From positions 30,961 to 94,960 of the forward strand of contig JAFGFG010000001.1 in the NCBI GenBank assembly GCA_016931255.1: a DNA stretch of 64,000 bases, written 5' to 3'. How positions within the stretch are numbered: position 1 is the first letter of the stretch; each line of letters begins with the position of its first letter. The notes under the pieces were generated by a model that did not search any database, was not told where the DNA came from, and saw nothing but the letters and a program-made list of their open reading frames with translations. This document shows, one piece after another, positions 57,047 to 64,000 of this stretch. The translations under genes and the position numbers were made by a program. The DNA comes from Candidatus Aenigmatarchaeota archaeon. Its GTDB lineage: Archaea > Aenigmatarchaeota > Aenigmatarchaeia > QMZP01 > JAFGSV01.

Positions 57047-57939
57047 AAAACATAACAATTGTTTCAGGTAAGGGCGGTGTTGGGAAATCGATGATTGCGT
57101 CTTCAATCTCAGTCATGCTTTCAAGAGAGATGAAGGTGGTAGTTGCAGATTGTGATGTCGATGCACCAGACCTTGGATTGAGTCTGGGGCTTAATGATAA
57201 TGATTATGAGTCATGGAATGAAATAACAACAAACGAGAAGGCTGTACTGGTCGATAAGAAATGCACCGGATGCAGAAAATGCGTGGATGTTTGTACGTTT
57301 GGTGCAATTAAATGGGATGAAAAAAGAAAGAAACCCGTATTCAATAGCTTGTTTTGTGAAGGATGCGGTTCATGTGAACTCGTTTGCCCGGAAAATGCAA
57401 TAGAATTAAAAGAAGTAAATAACGCTGTGATAGGCATCGGTAAGACAGCATACGGCTTTCCGATAATCACCGGCCAGCTGAAGATGGGTGAATCCGGTTC
57501 AGGAAAAGTAATATTCATCGTCAAGGAAACGGCAATGAAAATGGCTGAAAGAGAAAGAGCCGAGATAATGCTTACAGATGCAGCAGCCGGTATAGGATGT
57601 CCTGTAATAGCGTCAGTGAGGGGTTCTGATTATGTGATAGCTGTTACAGAGCCTACACCATCGGCACTAAGTGATGTTATCAGAATGCTTGACATAGTGA
57701 AGCATTTCGATATAGAGCATGGTCTTGTAATAAATAAATTTGACTTAAATCCGGAATTCAGTGAAAAAATAGAGAAATTTGCAAAAAGTATGGGTATTTC
57801 TGTATTAGGAAAGATTCCTTATGACAGGAAATTCGTGGATGCAATTGTCAACAGGAAGCCGGCAGTGATTTATGACAAGCAGTTTGAGAATGTATTCAAT
57901 GAAATAATTGACAATATGAAGAATGCAATCGGAATCTGA
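57043..57939 (+). CDS. Second COG1149 P-loop ATPase with ferredoxin insert
   Basis: SGKGGVGKS, DCDVDA, CTGCRKC, CEGCGSC, GIGCPVIAS. Confidence 0.92.
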   Translation: MKNITIVSGKGGVGKSMIASSISVMLSREMKVVVADCDVDAPDLGLSLGLNDNDYESWNEITTNEKAVLVDKKCTGCRKCVDVCTFGAIKWDEKRKKPVFNSLFCEGCGSCELVCPENAIELKEVNNAVIGIGKTAYGFPIITGQLKMGESGSGKVIFIVKETAMKMAERERAEIMLTDAAAGIGCPVIASVRGSDYVIAVTEPTPSALSDVIRMLDIVKHFDIEHGLVINKFDLNPEFSEKIEKFAKSMGISVLGKIPYDRKFVDAIVNRKPAVIYDKQFENVFNEIIDNMKNAIGI

Positions 57940-57960
57940 TGAAATGAATGCGGTGCAATC

Positions 57961-58467
57961 ATGGGAAATATTAAAATCAAGTGTAAAATATGTGGAAAAA
58001 TAATGTGCACAGATGATATCTACGTCGTGGACGGTGAAAACGTATGCAAGATGTGCATGCATGAAAACAAAAAACCTTTTATGATTTATCCAATAGGATA
58101 TGTTAAGAATGACTTGAAAAGGAAATCCGGTTCATTCGGAAACATCGGAAAAGAAAAAGTCTCACGAATAGAACTTTTTTCCTCGCAAATGCCTTTTATG
58201 TACATGATTAATGATGAAAAACATCTCACAATAGTATATTATTTGAACAAGAGAAATCCCATAAGATCGGTATTCAAAAGAGGGCTGGACGGAAAAGAAG
58301 TCGGCATCTTTGCCTCAAGAACCCCGGACAGGCCATCCGGAATTGCAATTCAGGAAGTCACGCTTTTGAAAGTCGACGGAACAACACTGTATGTTGAAGG
58401 GCTTGATGCAATCAACGACAGCCCGGTACTAGACATAAAGCTGGGACGCAAAAGCATAGACGGATAA
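57961..58467 (+). CDS. TrmO/TsaA-like SAM-binding protein with N-terminal Zn finger
   Basis: PIGYV, GIFASRTPDRP, GLDA..SPVLDIK; CKIC...CKMC. Confidence 0.85.
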   Translation: MGNIKIKCKICGKIMCTDDIYVVDGENVCKMCMHENKKPFMIYPIGYVKNDLKRKSGSFGNIGKEKVSRIELFSSQMPFMYMINDEKHLTIVYYLNKRNPIRSVFKRGLDGKEVGIFASRTPDRPSGIAIQEVTLLKVDGTTLYVEGLDAINDSPVLDIKLGRKSIDG

Positions 58468-58926
58468 TTATCTGAAACATTTCATCATTTTCTTGTTTAC
58501 GGTAACATTGTTAGTCTTTCCTAAAGACTCCTTGGAAACCACATCTTTTCTTGAGAGTTTTTCAAGTATTCTGAAAACTTTAACTTTGGAAAGATTTGTC
58601 TCTCTTACTATCCGGGCTTGAGAAGCTTTACCTCCACTATTTATCAACATCTTCATAACCTTCATCTCGTCTGATTCAAATAAGGAGAGAAATACATTTC
58701 CATCTATATTCTCTTCATGGAATGGATTGAAAAAGTAGTATACCAGAGTTCCTATCAAAAGCCCGACCGAACCAAGGAATGGTATAAAAAGTGTTATGGG
58801 TATTAAACAACCGCATACATTTCCTGAATCTATCTGCATCTGGACATAAAATGAACTTATACCTATTATAAGAACGAACCCGGCTATCAGTATCATACCA
58901 ATAATGAATTTTTTCTGGTATTCCAT
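58468..58926 (-). CDS. Membrane-anchored winged-helix regulator
   Basis: Two TMs with CGC, then SQARIVRETNLSKVKVFRIL...GKTN. Confidence 0.85.
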   Translation of the reverse strand: MEYQKKFIIGMILIAGFVLIIGISSFYVQMQIDSGNVCGCLIPITLFIPFLGSVGLLIGTLVYYFFNPFHEENIDGNVFLSLFESDEMKVMKMLINSGGKASQARIVRETNLSKVKVFRILEKLSRKDVVSKESLGKTNNVTVNKKMMKCFR

Positions 58927-58933
58927 GATAATG

Positions 58934-58950
58934 GTTTCATATTTTGAAAC
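58934..58950. promoter_or_regulatory. Inverted repeat in a divergent promoter
   Basis: GTTTCA-TATTT-TGAAAC, with a further GTTTCA after the TATA box. Confidence 0.5.
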
Positions 58951-58992
58951 TTAAATTTATATATGGTTTCAATCAACTATAATCTGATTTGA

Positions 58993-59379
58993 ATGAAAAA
59001 TCATGTCATCCTTGGAATTGGGATTATTATGCTCATAGTCAGTGGATGCACCACAAGCAATGGCGGAACTGAAGGCAATGTCATAGTGATTTCGGACGGC
59101 GGAACCGTGGACACTGCTATATGCCAGCAGAAGGGGATTGCAGACAAGATAGTTGTGTTCCATTCACCTACATGCCCTGCATGCAGGCAGACCCTGCCCG
59201 TGCTTGAGGAAATAGAAGCAGAATACGATTATGACTTCATGTTCATAGACCTTTCAACTGAAAGGGACGCGGCTGAGGAGCTGGGAATAATGCCCACGCA
59301 CATACCGACAATACTGATAAAGTGCAAGGCATACACGGGTTTCAGGGAAAAATCCGAATTCCTCAGCCTCATGGGGTGA
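58993..59379 (+). CDS. Thioredoxin-fold lipoprotein
   Basis: IVSGC lipobox, CPAC, IPT. Confidence 0.85.
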   Translation: MKNHVILGIGIIMLIVSGCTTSNGGTEGNVIVISDGGTVDTAICQQKGIADKIVVFHSPTCPACRQTLPVLEEIEAEYDYDFMFIDLSTERDAAEELGIMPTHIPTILIKCKAYTGFREKSEFLSLMG

Positions 59380-59383
59380 ATAT

Positions 59384-60085
59384 ATGATGTACGGCCTATC
59401 ACTGACAGCAATACTTTCGCTTGCCGCACTGGATGCCATAAACCCGTGCGCAATTGCAGTGCTGACACTCATGCTTATATCCATACTCACGTACAACCCA
59501 AAAAAAAGGAGAAACATCCTGCTTGCCGGAATGGCTTTCACCATGTCCGTATTCGTCATGTATATGTTCTACGGGCTTGTAATAATACGCTTCCTGCAGG
59601 TCATGAGCACAATAGCATACATAAGGGAAATGCTTTACGGCGTCCTCGGTGCATGTGCGGTTGTGCTGGGCATTCTGAACATCAAGGATTTCTTCTGGTA
59701 TAAGCCAGGAGGTTTGCTTACGGAGATGCCGATGAGGATGAGACCAACTGCGAAAAAAATAATAAACGGCATAACAACACCACGGGGAGCTTTTCTTGTG
59801 GGCGCGTTCGTGACTGTTTTTCTCCTTCCGTGCACCATAGGTCCGTACATAATAGCCGGTGGCATACTTTCCGCGCTTGAGCTCATGGCCGCTGTTCCAT
59901 GGCTTCTTCTGTACAACATCATATTTGTTCTGCCCATGATTGGGATAACGCTGGCTGTTTACGTAGGCGTCAGAAAGGTCGATGATGTCTCAGGATGGAA
60001 GGACAGGAACATCCGTCATCTCCACCTGATCTCAGGAATAATAATAATGCTGCTGGGCATCGGAATGCTTATGGGTTGGCTGTAA
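59384..60085 (+). CDS. CcdA/DsbD-like transmembrane electron transporter
   Basis: DAINPC and LPCTIGPY, YNIIFVLP. Confidence 0.85.
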   Translation: MMYGLSLTAILSLAALDAINPCAIAVLTLMLISILTYNPKKRRNILLAGMAFTMSVFVMYMFYGLVIIRFLQVMSTIAYIREMLYGVLGACAVVLGILNIKDFFWYKPGGLLTEMPMRMRPTAKKIINGITTPRGAFLVGAFVTVFLLPCTIGPYIIAGGILSALELMAAVPWLLLYNIIFVLPMIGITLAVYVGVRKVDDVSGWKDRNIRHLHLISGIIIMLLGIGMLMGWL

Positions 60086-60118
60086 ACCAATTTAAGCACA
60101 TAAAATGCTATAATAGGT

Positions 60119-60859
60119 ATGTTTGAACTTATATACATATTAGCCGCAACCATGATAAACGGCCTTGTTGCCTTTGTGGGTGCATTCTCGCTTTTCGTGA
60201 AAGAGAAGTACCTCAAAAAAATACTGCTTCTGCTTGTGGCATTCTCAGCAGGGGCACTGCTTTCCGGAGGTCTGCTTCATCTTCTTGCGGAATCGCTGGA
60301 GTTTCTGGAAGCAGATACAGCGTTCCTGATAGCAATTTTCGGGTTCTCGATGTTCTTCGTGATTGAGAGGTTCCTTCACTGGCATCACTGCCATGAAGGC
60401 GTTTGCGACGTCCATTCATTCACATACATGATACTCATCGGAGACGGTGTGCATAATTTCATAGACGGGCTTGTCATAGCGGCAAGCTTCTTTGTGAGCA
60501 TTCCATTCGGCATTATGACGACAATACTCATAATAGGCCACGAAATTCCACAGGAACTTGGTGACTTCGGAGCGCTTGTTCACGGAGGCTTCGATAAGAG
60601 GAAGGCACTCCTCTTCAACTTCGGCTCGCAGCTGACAGCTGTTGCCGGCGGCATATTAGGATTCTTCCTTGGCGGGGAAGCGTGGTTCACGCCGTTGCTT
60701 CTTCCATTCGCAGCAGGCGGTTTCCTGTACATAGCCGCATCCGACCTCATACCTGAGTTGCACAAGGAAGCTGACATAAGGAAATCCATTGTATATTTCA
60801 TATTTTTCAGCATTGGAATAGCATTCATGGTTTCCATAAAGCTTCTGCTGGGCGGATGA
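60119..60859 (+). CDS. ZIP family metal transporter
   Basis: HWHHCH, HNFIDG, HEIPQELGDF, DLIPELH. Confidence 0.93.
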   Translation: MFELIYILAATMINGLVAFVGAFSLFVKEKYLKKILLLLVAFSAGALLSGGLLHLLAESLEFLEADTAFLIAIFGFSMFFVIERFLHWHHCHEGVCDVHSFTYMILIGDGVHNFIDGLVIAASFFVSIPFGIMTTILIIGHEIPQELGDFGALVHGGFDKRKALLFNFGSQLTAVAGGILGFFLGGEAWFTPLLLPFAAGGFLYIAASDLIPELHKEADIRKSIVYFIFFSIGIAFMVSIKLLLGG

Positions 60860-60860
60860 G

Positions 60861-61037
60861 ATGGGAAAGGCCAGATGCCCGTTAATAGAATGCTGCCTGC
60901 TCAAGATACGATATGAGACCATGCCTAAAGGCGATGATGCCGTAAAAGCCCACTGCAACGGCAATTACAGAAAATGCGGCCGGTACCTGATGGAGAAAAT
61001 ATACGGAAGGATACCTGCAGAAAAGCCGAAAAAATAA
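60861..61037 (+). CDS. Small Cys-rich protein (58 aa), not in the ORF track
   Basis: MGKARCPLIECC...HCNGNYRKCGRY; starts 1 nt after the ZIP stop. Confidence 0.6.
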   Translation: MGKARCPLIECCLLKIRYETMPKGDDAVKAHCNGNYRKCGRYLMEKIYGRIPAEKPKK

Positions 61038-61078
61038 TATTAATAACCTGGTCACATATTGAACAGGTTGGTGATTTT

Positions 61079-61405
61079 ATGACTAAGATGGATGTAACAG
61101 ACAATGACTTTGACGAGAAGGTTGTTGAGCAGTCCAGGAAGATACCGGTGCTTGTTGATTTCTGGGCTTCATGGTGCGGACCATGCATGATGCTCGGGCC
61201 TGTTCTCGATAAAGTCGCCGATGACATGAACGGAAAGGTGATCCTTGCCAAGATGAATGTCGATGAAGGGCAGGAGAAGGCTGTCTTCTACAACATCAGC
61301 TCAATACCTGCTGTTAAGCTCTTCAAGGATGGCAGGGTTGTAGCTGAGTTCATTGGCGCAAGGCCGGAGTCTGCTGTGAAAGAATGGCTGGAAAGCAATA
61401 TCTGA
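61079..61405 (+). CDS. trxA: Thioredoxin
   Basis: VDFWASWCGPC, SIP. Confidence 0.95.
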   Translation: MTKMDVTDNDFDEKVVEQSRKIPVLVDFWASWCGPCMMLGPVLDKVADDMNGKVILAKMNVDEGQEKAVFYNISSIPAVKLFKDGRVVAEFIGARPESAVKEWLESNI

Positions 61406-61466
61406 GTATCAATTGTATATTTCAGAAATACATTATTTTTTTGGTACTCATGATTTATACATTTAA

Positions 61467-62877
<1,411 letters not shown>

Positions 62878-62878
<1 letters not shown>

Positions 62879-63780
62879 TGCTCCCGACTGAATTCCTTGG
62901 GATAAAGCTCAAAAATCCGCTCGTTCTTGCATCAGGTATACTCGGCACAAGTCCGGAAATACTCATAAGGATGGCAGAATCCGGAGCAGGTGCGGTCACA
63001 ATGAAATCCATAGGTCCTGTTGAGAGGGAAGGCAACATCAATCCCAACATAGTGGAATTCGACTGCGGACTCCTGAATGCAATGGGACTGCCGGGTCCCG
63101 GATACAAGAATATGGCTGGAAAGATGGAAGAACTGAAGAACTGTCCGGTACCGCTTTTCGCAAGCATATACGGAAGCACAGTTCAGGACTTCGTTGACAT
63201 AGTTAAATTTCTGAGGGAATACAGGCCGGCTGCAATAGAGCTCGACATAAGCTGTCCCAACAAGGATGACGGCCTTTCATTCTCAGCTGACCCGGAAACG
63301 ACCCGCCAACTGGTCTCTGAGGTCAGGAAGCATTCAGGAAGCATACCTGTCATACCGAAGCTCACTCCCAACACGAGCAGCATACCATTGCTTGCCGAGG
63401 CCTGCAGGAAGGGCGGCGCGGATGCGCTCAATGCCATAAACACTGCTTCGGGAATGGTGATAAACATCGAAGCGAGGAAGCCTGTCCTGAAATACAAAAA
63501 GGGCGGCGTGTCCGGCCCTGCGCTGAAGCCTATTGCAGTGAGATGCGTATACGAATCATACGAGGCTACCGGTCTCCCAATCATAGGAACAGGCGGCGTC
63601 ACAACAGGAAGGGATGCAATAGAGATGATAATGGCAGGCGCCAGCCTTGTTGGCATAGGCTCTGCCCTTTACTACCGCGGGCTTGATGCTTTCAGGCTTA
63701 TAGCGGGTGAAATGGAAGAATGGATGAAAAATAATAATATTGATTCACTACAGGACATAACAGGTGCTGCACATGGCTAA
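62878..63780 (+). CDS. pyrD: Dihydroorotate dehydrogenase (family 1B) catalytic subunit
   Basis: LASG, NAMGL, SCPN, KLTPN, INT, GGVSG, GTGG. Confidence 0.95.
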
Positions 63781-64000
63781 GGCAAAACCCGAGATGACAA
63801 GGATACTCCGGATAAAGAAGGAGAATCCGTATGTCAAGACCATTACGCTTGACATGAAGATGAAGGCCGAACCTGGCCAGTTCGTGATGATATGGCTTCC
63901 CGGAGTGGATGAAAAGCCCATGTCAATAAGAAGCTCGAATGAAAACCTGATGATAACAGTTGAGGCCCGCGGCAAATGTTCCGAAGCATTTACATGCCTG
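63773..64000 (+). CDS. pyrK: Dihydroorotate dehydrogenase electron transfer subunit (partial, runs off the window)
   Basis: PGQFVMIWLPGVDEKPMSI; overlaps the pyrD stop. Confidence 0.88.
   Translation, partial: MAKAKPEMTRILRIKKENPYVKTITLDMKMKAEPGQFVMIWLPGVDEKPMSIRSSNENLMITVEARGKCSEAFTCL

Overview
Archaeal chromosomal segment, probably from a DPANN-type lineage such as Aenigmarchaeota (inferred from gene content and many short orphan ORFs; not verified). The right half is mostly housekeeping: ftsY, the psmA-SBDS-rrp4-rrp41-rrp42-rpl37ae-rpoP-pfdB-UPF0147-sepF superoperon, an HTH-riboflavin kinase plus ECF transporter, mre11-rad50, a DUF134/NifB-NifX/P-loop-ferredoxin Fe-S cluster block, trxA and pyrB-pyrI-pyrD-pyrK. 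The left half is accessory. The best candidate for an undescribed system is a compact RiPP-like operon at 11.18-13.24 kb. It consists of a 56-aa peptide missing from the ORF track (ending MSCGHNQY), a radical SAM/SPASM enzyme and a GNAT with a probable RRE domain, with a solo TldD protease next door. Other highlights: (1) two unrelated 35/37-bp exact duplications that each enclose 27 bp of new sequence, one of them frameshifting a gene; (2) a defence island at about 16.1-22.1 kb with a Zn-finger plus Dam-like MTase, an HNH nuclease, a DUF3800-like gene flanked by structured non-coding DNA, a tyrosine recombinase, HEPN-MNT and a remnant of a second integrase; (3) a Xer-like recombinase lacking its first catalytic Arg and fused to a nuclease-like domain; (4) several readable operators. 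No rRNA, intact tRNA or true CRISPR array was found. All calls come from reading motifs by eye; no database searches were run.
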